NCBI GenBank assembly: GCA_951406725.2
Contig: OX597842.1
Coordinates: forward strand, 20,770,001 to 20,834,000
Direction: 5' to 3'
Length of the DNA stretch: 64,000 nucleotides
Source of the DNA: Octopus vulgaris
Taxonomy: Eukaryota
In this document: in pieces, positions 1 through 15,047 of the stretch
Layout of the letters: every line of letters starts with the position of its first letter
Numbering within the stretch: position 1 is the stretch's first letter
Translations under genes and position numbers: made by a program
Notes under the pieces: generated by a model
What the model saw: only the letters and a program-made list of their open reading frames with translations
Told to the model about the DNA's origin: nothing
Database searches by the model: none

Positions 1-1250
1 GTATGAGATCATGGAGAACCGTGCTGAACAGTGTTATTGAATCTCTTAATCCTGGAGATCTAAGAATTTCAGATGGCATTTTCCAGGGTGACTCTCTATC
101 ACCACTCCTCATTTGTCTAGCCTTAATACCTCTCTCGAAATTACTCAATGATGCACAGTACGGTTATAAAATGTTTGATAAAAATATAAATCATCTCATT
201 TACATGGATGATTTAAAGCTCTTTGCAAAAAATGGCCAACAACTACAGGGCTTACTAGCAATTGATAAATAATACAGTGATGACATCAGGATGCAATTTG
301 GCCTCGATAAATGCGCAATACCTACCTTTATCAAAGAAAAAAATGACTGACACATCTAACTTTAACCTTGACCAGTAGAATGTCATAAAGGAGTTATAAC
401 ACGCGGAGAGCTACAAATACCTAGGGTAATTTGAACGTGATGGCATCAAATATTTAGTGATGAGGGAAAGGATCAGAAGAGAATGTTATCACAGGGTAAT
501 TGCTGAATGCAAGAAACAGGATCGAAGCGATCTATTCTTTAACCATAGGAGTCGTGACTTATAGTTTCAATATCATTAACTAGTCAAGTACTGAAATATG
601 TAATCTTGACAGAAAAATGCGAAAATTGTTGGCAATGCATAGAATGCACCACCCAAATAGGGAAGTGCCAAGAAAAGAGGGAGACTGAGGACTTTTACAC
701 CTGGAATTAACAATGAACATTGCCACAATTGACCTAGACACCTACCTGAAAAACTCTGATTACTGGAAGTTAAAACTTTCTCAAAACATGACAGCCAGGA
801 AGCTTCATGTACAGTAGCAAAACAGGCAAAGGAATATATAAGTGAATTCCAAATACAACAAATTCTAGAATTAGAAGTACTAGAAACAAACACAAAAAAG
901 CTAAACGTATGAGAAACCAATGTTACAACTGCTGCCTTAGATATTCTTACTGATAAATTGCAAAAAAGATTTCTCAATGGAAAATACCCAAACAGAGCTA
1001 ATAGTGACGATGTTGACAAAGCCATTGCCCATCAATGGTTAATGGCTTCTGGCTTAAAATCAGAAACAGAAGCATTTATCATAGCAGCCCAATATCAATG
1101 CATACCTACAAGAAACTACCAGGCCAACATATTAAAGAACGCCAGTTTTCCCAACATATCGTGTATGTCAACAACAAAATGAAACCATTGATCATGTTGT
1201 TTCCATGTGCAGTCTTCTAGCGCTTACAGAATATCTCAACAGGCATGACA
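1..1250 (+). mobile_element. Degraded R4/Dong-like (restriction-endonuclease-type) non-LTR retrotransposon, RT to zinc-knuckle region
   Basis: ORF fragments give GIFQGDSLSPL and NHLIYMDDLKL (RT), HQWL..SGLKSETEAFIIAAQ, and a decayed CCHC..RHD region near 1150-1250; many stops and frameshifts. Confidence 0.8.
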
Positions 1251-1299
1251 ATTCTCTCTTTTTATTATGTAACAGTTTAACAATTTTATTGCTTTTAGT

Positions 1300-1415
1300 G
1301 TTCGGTCAGCCCGAGCCTATAGTAGAAAACACTTGCAAAAGGTACCATGCAGTGGGACTGAACCTGGAATCATGTAGTTGGTAAGCAAGCTACTTACCAT
1401 ACAGGCACTACTGCA
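1300..1415 (-). mobile_element. tRNA-derived SINE family A, 5' fragment
   Basis: Matches the head of the full copies at 10311-10720 and 48287-48702. Confidence 0.75.
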
Positions 1416-1480
1416 GATTTATATATATATATATATATATATATTAATAATTAAGACGCAATTATTTATAGTTGAAGAAT

Positions 1481-1570
1481 CCAACGTTGATGAGGAAAAT
1501 AGTCAGGTAAGGTATAATTATTTATTATTTATCTCTATTCTGGCTTAATTCCGAAACTCGCGTCCGTAGG
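1481..1570 (+). ncRNA. Hammerhead-ribozyme-like motif (variant core, long stem II)
   Basis: CCAACG-TTGATGA-GGAA..AGTCAG...CTGGCT..TTCC-GAAAC-TCGC-GTC-CGTAGG; stems I and II pair; lies in a (TA)n-flanked element at ~1445-1850. Confidence 0.55.
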
Positions 1571-1845
1571 CAACTTAATATAGAATGATTTTCGTTATTT
1601 TCCCCTTCTACCTGCGTGGTTTGCTTTTGAGTGCTTTGGTTTCTCTGGGATCTCCCTTTAAAGTAGAAAGAATAGCCAAGATTTTAACTGCTTTTTCTAA
1701 ACTTCAGTATGTGGTGAGGCAAATCGTTGCTGAACCCTAATTATTTAGTATTACTTAACTTACCATGAATTGGTCTTTTACATGCTGAATTCTACTTGGT
1801 GAAATTACTGATTACTTCGTAATTAATTCATTTCACCCTTTGTTA

Positions 1846-2278
<433 letters not shown>

Positions 2279-2290
2279 TATATATTTCCG

Positions 2291-3226
2291 TTAACCTCCT
2301 TGATATCTCACTCAGCATCGACCACCCCTCCCACTCTCTCACCACCTCCGCCTTCTTCAAACCCACGGATTCCCACCTGTATCTCAACTTCTCCTCCTCC
2401 CAGCCCTTCCACACCAAACGGGCCATCCCCTACTCCCAGTTCCCCCGCCTCCGACGCTTGTGCAGCCGCGACCAGGATTTCGAGACCCAGTCTCAATACC
2501 TGGCCCGCTTGTTCAGGCTTCGAGGATACCCACCTACCCTGGTCTCGAACGCCCTCGCCCGCGCTCGTCGCATCGACCGCACCACCGCCCTTTCTCCTTC
2601 CACTCACCCACCCCCAACCGCCCCCCTTTCCCCTCCTTTTCCACCCCTCTACTCTACCCCTTCGTCGGAAGATACTTCGTGCATTCCGTCGTCTCCAGCT
2701 CGATTCCACGACCCACCTCATTTTCCCCAGCCCACCCCTGTCCTCCTTCAAACGAGCCCGGAATCAACGCGACCTCCTGGTCCGCAGCACCCTCCCTTCT
2801 TCCCCCTCGGCCCCACTCGGATCCTTCCCGTGCTCCAGATCCCGCTGCAACACCTGCCCCTTCATCACCAACACCACTGCTGTCACCGGTTGGAACCAGC
2901 GAACTGTACGTATCAGACATTCTTTACGTGCACCTCGTCTGGACTCATATACTGCATTAAATGCAACCTCTGCGGAATGCTGTATATAGGACAGACGGGA
3001 CGCCGGTTGTCAGACCGATTCGCCGAACATCTAAGGGATGTTCGTCTACGGTCCAATTCTCCCGTCGCACGTCACTTCCGCTCGGCCAGCCATTCCCCCG
3101 ATGACATCTCGGTGTTTGGTGTTGCCCCACACAACGGCTCTCTACAATCTCCACTTGGAGCAACGGCTGATATTCCTTCTACAGACTCTAAACCCACACG
3201 GATTCAACACAGCCCCCTCCTCTTAG
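2291..3226 (+). mobile_element. 5'-truncated Neptune-type Penelope-like element (RT thumb, Cys linker, GIY-YIG endonuclease), frameshifted
   Basis: KPTDSHLYLNFSS..HTKRAIPYSQF, CSRSRCNTCP, FTCTSSGLIYCIKCNLCGMLYIGQTGRRLSDRFAEH and EQRLIFLLQTLNPHGFN, spread over several frames. Confidence 0.9.
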
Positions 3227-3309
3227 TGACTGCGCTCCACTTTTCCCCACTAGCATCTTTTATTTTTCATTTATTATTTTTTATTTTTTATTTTTTATAC
3301 TTGTCCTTA

Positions 3310-6300
3310 TGCAGTCACACACACACACATACTCACGTACCCACGAACACACCTACTCCCAATACACCACACACACACAACGTACATGCACATGTACGCA
3401 CACATACATCCACACCTATACACAGACAAACACACCCACAAACACCCACGCGCACACACAAACATGCCCGTGCACACACACCGGGGACAATACTCACACA
3501 GATACGCACACTCCTATAAACACCTAGCTGAGACGCACAGATACACGCACGTAACCGCACACACGCACACAAGCACGCGCATGTACCTGACGCCGCCCAC
3601 ACACACACGCATACATTCAGACACACACATACATACGTGCACACACATAATACATACATAGATACATTCATATATACATATATACACACACGCGCATACA
3701 TACATACATGCATTCATACATACATACACACACACATACATACATACACACACATACATACGTACACACATACATAAACATAAATACACATATGCACACA
3801 TACATACATACACACACACACATACATACACACACACATACCGACACACACACGCACGCACACATACATACATACATACACATACATACACACACATACA
3901 TGCATACATACACACACACGTACACACAAGCATGCATACATACATACACACATACATACACACATACATACACACATACACACACACATACATACATACA
4001 TACATACATACATACATACATACATACATAAACACACACGTATACACATACATACAAACATACACACATACATACACACATACACACACACATACAAACA
4101 TACATACACACATAAACGTACACACACACACACATACATGCATACATACATACACACACAAACACACACACATACACAGACATACATATACATACATGCA
4201 TACACACACATACACACATACACGCATACACACAAACATATATACATACACACACACACACATACATACATACATACATACATACAAACATACATACACA
4301 CATACATACATATACATACATACACACACACATACATATACATACATACGTACACGCACATACACACACACACACACATGCACACATACATACATATATA
4401 CACATGCATATACACAATTACATACATACATACACACATACATACATACACACACATATACTTACACACACATATACACATACATACACACACACACACA
4501 TACATACACACACATACACACACATACATACATACATACATACACGCATACTTACATACACAAACGCATACATATACATACATACACACACGAACACACA
4601 CATACACACATACACACATACATACATACACACACGCATACATACACACATACATACATAGACACATATATATATACACACACACACACATATATATACA
4701 TACACACACATACATAAACACACACACATACACACACACATACACATACATACTATACACACATACACACATACACACATACATACATACACACACGAGT
4801 ACATATACATACATACATACACATACACATACACACACATATATATACATACATACACGCACATACACACAAACACGCATGCACACATACATTCATACAT
4901 ACACACACACGTACATACACTACATACATTGATACATACATACATACATACACACATAAACACACACATACACATACACATACACACATAGATACATACA
5001 CACACGCATACATATACATACATACATACACATACACACACATACACACATACATACATACATACACACACACATACACACATACATACACACATACATA
5101 CATACATACATACATAGATACATACATACACACACACGCACATGCATATACATACATATATACACACACATATGCACACATAGACGCAGGCACACATACA
5201 TACATACACACACATACATACTCACACATACATACACACAAATGTACACACATACACACACATACACACATACACACATACACACGCATACATACACACA
5301 CACATACATACATACACACACATACATACATACACACATACATACACATAAATACACATATGCACACATACATACATACACACACAGACATACACAAACA
5401 AATACCCACACACACACGCACGCACACATACATACATACATACACATACATACACACACATACATATATACATACACACACACGTACACACATGCATGCA
5501 TACATACATACACACATACATACACACATACATACACACAAACACACACACATACATACATACATACATACATACACACACACGTATACACATACATACA
5601 TACATACACACATACATACACACATACACAGACACATACAAACATACATACACACATATACGTACACACACACATACACATACATGCATACATACACACA
5701 CATACACACACACACACACATACACAGACATACATATACATACATGCATACACACACATACACACATACACGCACATATATATACATACATACACACACA
5801 CATACACACACACACACATGCACACATACATACATACATACACACACACATACATACACTATATACAAAGATACATACATACATACACACACACATACAT
5901 ATACATACATACGTACACACACGCACATAGATACATACTCGCATGCATAAATACATACATACACACATACATACATACATACACACACACACTTTCACAC
6001 ATACACACACACATACATACATACGTACGTACATACATACATACCCACACATACATACACAAACACACATACATACATACATACTCACACACATACACAC
6101 ATAGATACATACACACACGCATACATATACATACATACATACACATACACACACATACACACATACATACACACACACACACATACATACATACATACAC
6201 ACATACATACATACATACATACATACATACATACATACATACATACACACACACACATGCATATACATACATACATACACACACATATGCACACATAGAC

Positions 6301-7848
6301 GCAGGCACACATACATACATACACACACACATACATACTCACACATACATACACACAAATGTACACACATACACACACATACACACATACATACATACAC
6401 ACACATACATACATACACACACACACACATACACACATACATACACACACGCATTCATATACACACATACATACACATACACATACACACATACATACAT
6501 ACACACACGCTTACATACACGCATACATAGACACATATATACATACAAACACACATACATATCCATACATACATACACATACATACACACACATACACAC
6601 ACATACATACTACACACATACACACACACATACACACATACAAACACACGCGTACATATACATACATACATACACATACAGATACACATACATACACACA
6701 CTTACACACATACACCCGTACATACATACATACACACACACTAACATACACAGACATACATACATACTTACACACATACACTCATACATACTTACACACA
6801 AGCATACATATACATACATACATACACATATACACACACATACACACATACATACATACATACCCATAGATACATACATACATACACTCATACATACACA
6901 CATACATACATACATACATACACAAACATGCATATACATACACACACACATACACTCACACATACACACACACGCACGCATACATACATACATACACACA
7001 CATACATACACACAAACGTACATACATACATAGATATACACACTTATACACATACACACATACATACACACACATACATACATACATACATACACACACA
7101 TAGACACACACATACGCACACATACATACATACATACATACATACGCACATACATACACACACCTAAACACACATACACACACATATATATACATCCATA
7201 TACACACACACACACATACACGCATGCACACATACATACATACATACATACACACATACACACATACATACACACACGCATACATACATACATACACATA
7301 CATACACACACATACATACTACACACATACACACACCTACACACATACATACATACACACATGCGTACATATACATACATACATACATACACATACACAT
7401 ACACATACAGACTTACACACATACACCCGTACATACATACATACTCACACACTTACATACACACACTTCCATAGATACTTACACACATACACTCATACAT
7501 ACATACACACACGCATTAATATACATACACATACACATACACACACACACATACATACATACATACATACATACATACACACATACATACACACATACGT
7601 ACATACATACATACATACACAAACATACATATACATACACACACACATACACACACACACTTATACACATACACACATACATACACACACATACATACAT
7701 ACATACATACATACACACACATACACACACACATACACACACATACATACATATATACATACATACGAACATACATACACACACCTATACACACATACAC
7801 ACACATATATATAAATACATATACACACATACACGCATACACGCATGC

Positions 7849-7879
<31 letters not shown>

Positions 7880-8519
7880 TACATACACTACATACATAGA
7901 TACATACATACATACACGTACGCATACATATACATACATATGTACACACAGGCACATACACACATACACGCATGCATAAATACATACATACACACATACA
8001 TACATACATACATATACACACACACACACACAACACACACATACATACATACGTACGTACATACATACATACATACACACACATACATACACACACATAC
8101 ATACATACATACATACACACATACACACACATACACACATAGATACATACACACACGCATACATATACATACATACATACACATACACGCACATACACAC
8201 ACACATACATACATACACACACATACATACACACATACATACATACATACATACATACATACATTCACACACACGCACATACATACATACACACACATTG
8301 CACACATAGACGCAGGCACACATACATACATACACACACACATACATACACACACATACACACACACACACATTTACACACATACACACACACATACATA
8401 CATACATACACACACATACATACATACATACATACATGCATACACACATACACACATACATACACACATACATACATACACACATACACACATACATACA
8501 CACACGCATACATATACAC

Positions 8520-8550
<31 letters not shown>

Positions 8551-9364
8551 CATACAAACATACACACACATACGTACACACATACATACATAGATACATA
8601 CATACACATACATATACATACATACATACATACGTACAGACACACATACACGCATGCACACATACATACATACACATACATACACACACACATACATACA
8701 CACACACACTTATACACACATACATACATACACACATATAAACATAAACACACATATAAGCCTCTACATTGTACACACACGCACATATATACATACATTT
8801 ACTCGCACGCACGTACACACACGCGCACACACACACACATTTACATATATATACTATACACGCACACACACATACACAAGTACAAACACACACAAACTCA
8901 CATACACACCGACAGATATAAATACACAATATACACCTATCCGCGCACGCACACATACACATAAACATATACAAACACACACATACACGCACACACATAC
9001 ACGTACATACATACAAACTCACACAAATGAACCCACACATACATCCCTACACACACACACACGCACGTACAAGCACACACGCACACATACACTAGGTTAA
9101 GCACAGTTACTCACCACACACCCAAACTCTACGCATACACACACGAACACACATGCACACACACACACAACAAACAACACACACACATGATACATATACT
9201 TACACGCTCACACACATACCCCTTTGTTTTTCGACCTGGTTTTGACCTCGCTGGATATAAAAAAGTGCCACTCTTTTATGACAGCTGGCTAAGCCATGCC
9301 TGTTGTTCACCATACATACATACACACACACACGCACGCACGCACAAACACACTTGTCATCCTT

Positions 9365-9408
<44 letters not shown>

Positions 9409-9420
9409 CCACACACATTC
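3310..9420. repeat. ~6 kb compound (CA)n/(TACA)n/(CATA)n satellite with higher-order blocks
   Basis: Almost G-free + strand; recurring landmarks such as ATAGACGCAGGCACAC at ~5180, ~6295 and ~8306. Confidence 0.95.
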
Positions 9421-9694
9421 CTTGTCTTTGAAACTCACTTGTTTTTAAAAATCATGATTCGTCTACCTTTCAACCTTCTGTTCTTTCAACATGTGATCTC
9501 TTGAGCGCCACCAGCAAATATATTTTTTTCCTCTGTCTTCCCTTCTCGGGATCTTTCCTTCTCCTTGTTTCCGACGAAGAGCTCCGCTCGAAACGTTAGA
9601 CCCTCCTTCCCTTCTTTCTTGAGCGTCAAATAATTCTTTAATTGTTCCACGTCCTCGCGTTGCTGTTTTTTTCTGTGTTTTCTTGTTTGGATTA

Positions 9695-9700
<6 letters not shown>
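9420..9700 (+). mobile_element. Probable 3' end (pseudo-LTR) of the Penelope-like element at 2291-3226
   Basis: Contains a hammerhead motif, ends at (TA)n, and is similar to the reverse complement of 56722-56925. Linkage across the satellite is inferred. Confidence 0.6.
9567..9601 (+). ncRNA. Minimal hammerhead motif (CCGACGA core variant)
   Basis: GTTT-CCGACGA-AGAGC-TCC-GCTC-GAAAC-GTT-AGAC; palindromic AACGTT at stem III. Confidence 0.65.
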
Positions 9701-9779
<79 letters not shown>

Positions 9780-10180
9780 GCCTGCCTGTTCGTCTATCTC
9801 TCTAACTTTCTATATTAAATGTCTACTTAACTACTGTTTTCCAAGTGGTTTTGTTGTCAAGTAGTTCACTCTTGGAACCATTGTACATATATTGCTGTTT
9901 AAAACGGAACTTCTCAAGTGTTTGCTACATATTTAAGTAATTGATGCAGGTGTCTTATGTCAGATGCCAGTTGATGGTTGCAAACAAAATTCCAACAAAC
10001 AGCAGAGTGGGTAGCGCAAGTCGAAGACTTAACTCATGGCAGAGAGGATGAGATAATCCGACTTTCTTTCTCTCTCTCACACTCCGTCTGTCTCTCTGTG
10101 TTGGGCTCTCTCTCTATCTATCTATCTGTCTGTCTTTCTGTCTGTCTCTCTCTCTCTTTCTGTCTCTATGCATACATACA

Positions 10181-10302
<122 letters not shown>

Positions 10303-10310
10303 TTTTCTTT

Positions 10311-10718
10311 TCTCTTTTACTTGTTTAAGTCATTTGACTGCGGTCATGCTGGAGCACCGCCTTTAGTCGAGCAAATCGACCCCGGAACTTATTCTTTTGT
10401 AAGCCCAGTACTTATTCTATCGGTCTCTATTGCCGAACCGCTAAGCGACGGTGACATAAACACACCAGCATCGGTTGTCAAGCAATGCTAGGGGGACAAA
10501 CACAGACACTCAAACACATACACACACATATATATATTTATATATACATACATTTATACGACAGGCTTTTTCAGTTTCCGTCTACCAAATCCACTCACAA
10601 GGCTTTGGTCGGCCCGGGGCTATAGCAGAAGACACTTGCCCAAGGTGCCACGCAGTGAGACTGAACCCGGAATAGTGTGGTTGGCTAGCAAGCTACTTAC
10701 CACACAGCCACTCCTTCG

Positions 10719-10720
<2 letters not shown>
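10311..10720 (-). mobile_element. tRNA-derived SINE family A, full copy
   Basis: A-box-like TGGCTGTGTGG, B-box-like GGTTCAGTC, internal TA/TG microsatellite; ~13 copies or fragments in the window. Confidence 0.9.
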
Positions 10721-10781
<61 letters not shown>

Positions 10782-10783
<2 letters not shown>

Positions 10784-13700
10784 GTGTGTGTGATTGTGCA
10801 TAGAAGAATATATTAATAAAAGGAATTCCAGCCTTGTCTGATTATCACGTTATATTTACAATCTTATAATGATATAATATTAAATAATATAATATAATAA
10901 AATAAGATAAAATAATAGAATGTTAAATGTTCATTCTGATTGAACTAGTACTTTCATGCATTAAATTCTGCAATCTTCAGGTTCATGTAGTAGTGGTGAA
11001 AGTTATGCTTCACAATTTTTAACTGTAGCGAGATGATTAAATCTGTGCCTTAAATATAGCTGTGTAGGCTCCAGATTGCTAGGTTTTGCAAACTGTATTC
11101 TGACCAATCAGTGTGTAGTATCACTCAATTACTTAAGCTGATTGGTTGGTTGAGCTGATTGGTTTAGGCGTCACGCTTTGTTGAACATGTCAAGAGTCCT
11201 GTATCTTAACCCTGGCCGAGGCAGCAACTGTTGGGCTATTTTTAGAAATGTTGTAAATAGCCTTTGTCAGGGATTTCTATATTTCAATTGTCATCATCAT
11301 CATTGTCAGCACCTTAATTATTGTTGCTAGTGGTGATGGTGGTGGCAATAGAACTTTTAACCCTAAATAAGATAATTTTCCTGCTATCTTCATCTTGATC
11401 ACCTTTAGTATTGTTGTTGTTGTTAGTGGTCATGGTCGTAGCAGTAGAAGTAGTACCTCTAAGTATTATTATTATTGCCTATTTAGCTTGGGTTCGAATT
11501 TATCAATAAAATTCTTTTCTCTGATTTTCCTCTCGATTTCACTTGGGCTGTGTAATTTGTAGAATGGAAATATTATATATATTTTCCGACCACATGTTGC
11601 TAGGTGGTTACTCAAAGGTATCTGACGGAGCTCTGGATCTCTAATCTGTTGTCGGTGTACACGTGAGCGTTCTGATAGTGCATTTCCCGTCTGACCTACA
11701 TATATTTCTTCACAATTTGGGCAGTTGATGCAGTAAATTAAATTTCTGCTTTTGCAGTTCATATTCGCGTTTGTGAATATTTTCCCGGTTTTTATGTTTA
11801 TATATTGGCCGGTATGTATGGATTGGCGTGTGCCACATCGGCTATCATTGCATTTAGATACAGTGAATGTTTGGTCTTTGTTGCTAAGGTCAAATTTTGC
11901 CTTTGTTAGTAATTTTTTCAAGTTTTTAGGCTGTCTTTTACTAAGAACCATAGCTCGATCCGTGATTATATCTTTTAATTCATTACTTTGAGCAATGATT
12001 GGTAGGTTTACTTTGGCAATGTTGAAGATATTCTGGTGACATGGGTTTTGTGTTACTATGAATGGTATGACTTGTTCTTGTTTTCCTCTTCCTTGGGTTG
12101 TCCTAAGTTGTTGTATGGGTATTTTTATAGCCCGCTGTATGCCATTTTCTATAAGTAGAGATGGGTATTTTTGTTTGAGCAAAACTTCTCTTAGTTCTGT
12201 TAGGCGTTAGTTCCTGATATTTGCATCTTCTACAATGGTACAAATTCTTCTGGCTAGGCAGTATGGGATGTTGCGTTTTGTATGTGGTGGATGGCACGAC
12301 TTAAAATTCAGGTACTGATGTGTGTCTGTGTGTTTATAGTATATATCTGTGGTGATTGTGGTGTCCTTTTTAATTACCATTATATCTAGGAATGGTAATT
12401 TGGTACTACTCATCTCCTTTGGAAATTGGAGAGATGGGTGTAGGTTGTTCAGGAGGATATTGAACTCTTCCAGAGTATTTAGAGATTCTGTCCAGATTAT
12501 GAAGCAGTCGTCAAGGTATCTCTTCCATGCCTTTTCAATATACTTTCTAAATCCAGTGCCATAGTTTACCTCCACCTCTTGGTAGAGTTTTTGTTCTAAG
12601 TATCCCATTACAGAGTTGGCGTAAACGGGAGCAAACCTCGTTCCTATCGCCGTGCCTCTAATTTGGATGTAATTCTTTCCATTGAAGAAGAACGTGTTGT
12701 TTTCTAGAATAAGTTTGACTGTGTCTAATATAAATGGCACTGTGAATCTGCTGGGAATCACTTCTCTATGTTTTTCTAACCAGTATTTAATCGCCTTTAT
12801 TCCTAAATCGTGTGGAATATTGATGTAGAGGCTTACCACATCAAAACTTAGTAAAACTGAATTTGTTTCTGTTGTTTTGGTAAGATGGGACAGGAAGTCG
12901 ATGTCATCCCTGATGAAACTGGGTATGTAAGTACATAATGGTTTCAAAACAATGTCAATAAAATTGATTAGACGGTGGGTAAGGCATGCTGGACCAGCTA
13001 TAATAGGTCTAAGTTTTAGGTCTTTTGGATGTAGTAATTTTATGTACTCACTTTCTTGTTCTTTTACTGCCTGTTGAATATCTTTTGATTTATGTATTTT
13101 CGGTAAGCCGTAGAAGTTGCTGGGTTTTGGTTCGAAATTGGTGATGTAGTCTCTTTCATTATCGGTAAGTGAGTTGTAGTGTTTTGAAATCAGGTTGTTG
13201 ATCTTTTTCATGATGTGGTGGTCTATATTTGAGGGTATTTCACAATAGAAGGTTGTGTCCTTCAGTTGGTCCTCAACCAATTCCTTATAGTATTCGGTAT
13301 CCATAATAACAATTGCACTACCTTTATCTGCTTGTTTTATTATTATTGTTTGATCGTTTTGTATACGTTTACACGCAGACATCTCTGATTTGTTAATGTT
13401 TTGCCTAACATTGGTATTGCGTCTAAGGGGAAATTTAGACAGGATATCAATGTATTGGTCAAAATAGTTATTTCTTCCTTTTGGTGGGGTGAAATTTGAT
13501 TTATTCCTTACTAGGGATTCATCAATCTCATTACTTTTGTTAGCGAAGAATTCTACAAGTCGTAATTTTCGACAGAATTTTTGAATAGCCTCCTTTAATT
13601 CTTGGTGGTTGGCTGTTGATGTAGGTGTGAATTTCAGTCCTTTTGACAGAAGTTGGATTTCATCATTGTCAAGATCTCTTTTTGATAAATTAATTATTTT

Positions 13701-15040
13701 AGGATCTATACGTTCAGTTGTCTTGGGTATGTTTCCTCTTGGATTTTTTCTTTCTCTGGTGTTTGTTGTTCTGACGTAAAAAATGGATTTTTTCCTGTTT
13801 ATGATTTATATTCCTGTTGATGTTTGCTTGATGAATTTTGCGTTTTGGTTGTGGTATTTTACCTGGTTTCGTTATGTTTTCTGTCTTGTTTTTGGTATTA
13901 TGTATATTATTTATATTATTTTTCAATTTCTTGTTAGTATTGTTTTTAACCACCTGGGGAAATGATCTGGGTTTACTTCCAGATCTAGATCGGTTCTTTG
14001 TCCAGTTTCTTGTGGGTAATCTCTGTTGAGGTCTTGAAAATGATCTCCTGTTATTTCTACTGCTAATGGTCTGATCAAAAGAATATCTATTTTGTTTGTG
14101 CTTTATGTTCATGTTGTGTGCATTAGGGTGTTTGCATACAAAAAGGGAAGAGTTCTTACCGTAGTTCGTCTTCGATTCGTGGTGAAACGGGTGTTCATGT
14201 TGCCACGTGTTCTGGCCTATGTTGCATTGGTGAGGTTGTCCACTTTTAATGCTATTTCTCAGAGTTCTGGTGTCTTTACCGTAATTTGTAGCATATTTGT
14301 CGAGAAATAATTGTTTCCGCTGCCAAAACTTTCTTGATCTGCTTTCTTCTTTTGAGATATCTCTGGTCCATAGTTCTCGCATTTTTGCTGCTATATTGCC
14401 AGTCGTTAGTTTGGATATTTCGTCTCTGATTTGATCATCGATAGCTTCGTATTTGGCTTTGTAGCGGAATTGTTTAGACAGGGTAATGGAGATGTCGGTC
14501 CTTAATTTTATCAAACTAAGGTCCCATCGAAGTTTTGTTCCTTCCTCTGGTTCTCCTGCAATATCATTAATTAGGTACTTCCGAGGAAGTATGGGTGCCG
14601 CTAAAGATATCCATTCCGAATTTATTTCAGCATATTTTTCGCATTTATATGCCTTCCAGATGTTTTGTTTTCTTATGTTAAGGAGTTTTTTTCCATGTCT
14701 TCCGTATCTCTTCTCTTTTTCGGTGTGCCTCTTTTTCCAGATTTCTTTCGTTTATTTCTGACATCCAAGGAGGTTGTGGTAGGCTTTCTCTTGTAGATTT
14801 TATAATTGTTGGTATCATTTCAGCTAAATTCTTAATGTCAGAGTCTATATGTTCATTTCCAAGTTTTCCGTCTGTAGACTGTTTTTCTATTTCCTTTAGA
14901 ATAGAGGATTGTGTGTCAATCATCGTGATGAGTGTTGATAATTTCGATGAAATTTCCATTAGAATTCTTTCTAATTCTGTTAATTTTGTTTGTTGCTTTC
15001 CAGACATGTTGGCATATACACAATAGGAATATAGATATAT
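10782..15040 (-). mobile_element. Near full-length Neptune-type Penelope-like element (ORF1, RT, GIY-YIG, 3' pLTR with hammerhead)
   Basis: ORF1 15007-13714 (one A-run frameshift near 14690); IINLS..E..LLSKGLKFTP, KQADKG, YGLPKIHK, FDVVSLY, RGTAIG, RYLDD; C..SRC linker; NLIYCINC..C..IYVGQTG endonuclease ending 11472; in-frame TAA at 12207. Confidence 0.95.
10941..10985 (-). ncRNA. Minimal hammerhead ribozyme in PLE pLTR
   Basis: TGAAC-CTGAAGA-TTGCA..TGCAT-GAAA-GTAC-TA-GTTCA; palindromic AGTACT. Confidence 0.75.
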
Positions 15041-15047
15041 ATATATA

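Noticed and set aside
3309-9504. Dozens of long His/Thr/Tyr/Ile and Cys/Val/Met/Tyr ORFs
   Set aside because: Artefacts of a stop-poor CA/TACA satellite, open in nearly all frames on both strands.
10640-10720. tRNA-like sequences with A and B boxes
   Set aside because: These are SINE heads without a full cloverleaf; no true tRNA gene seen.
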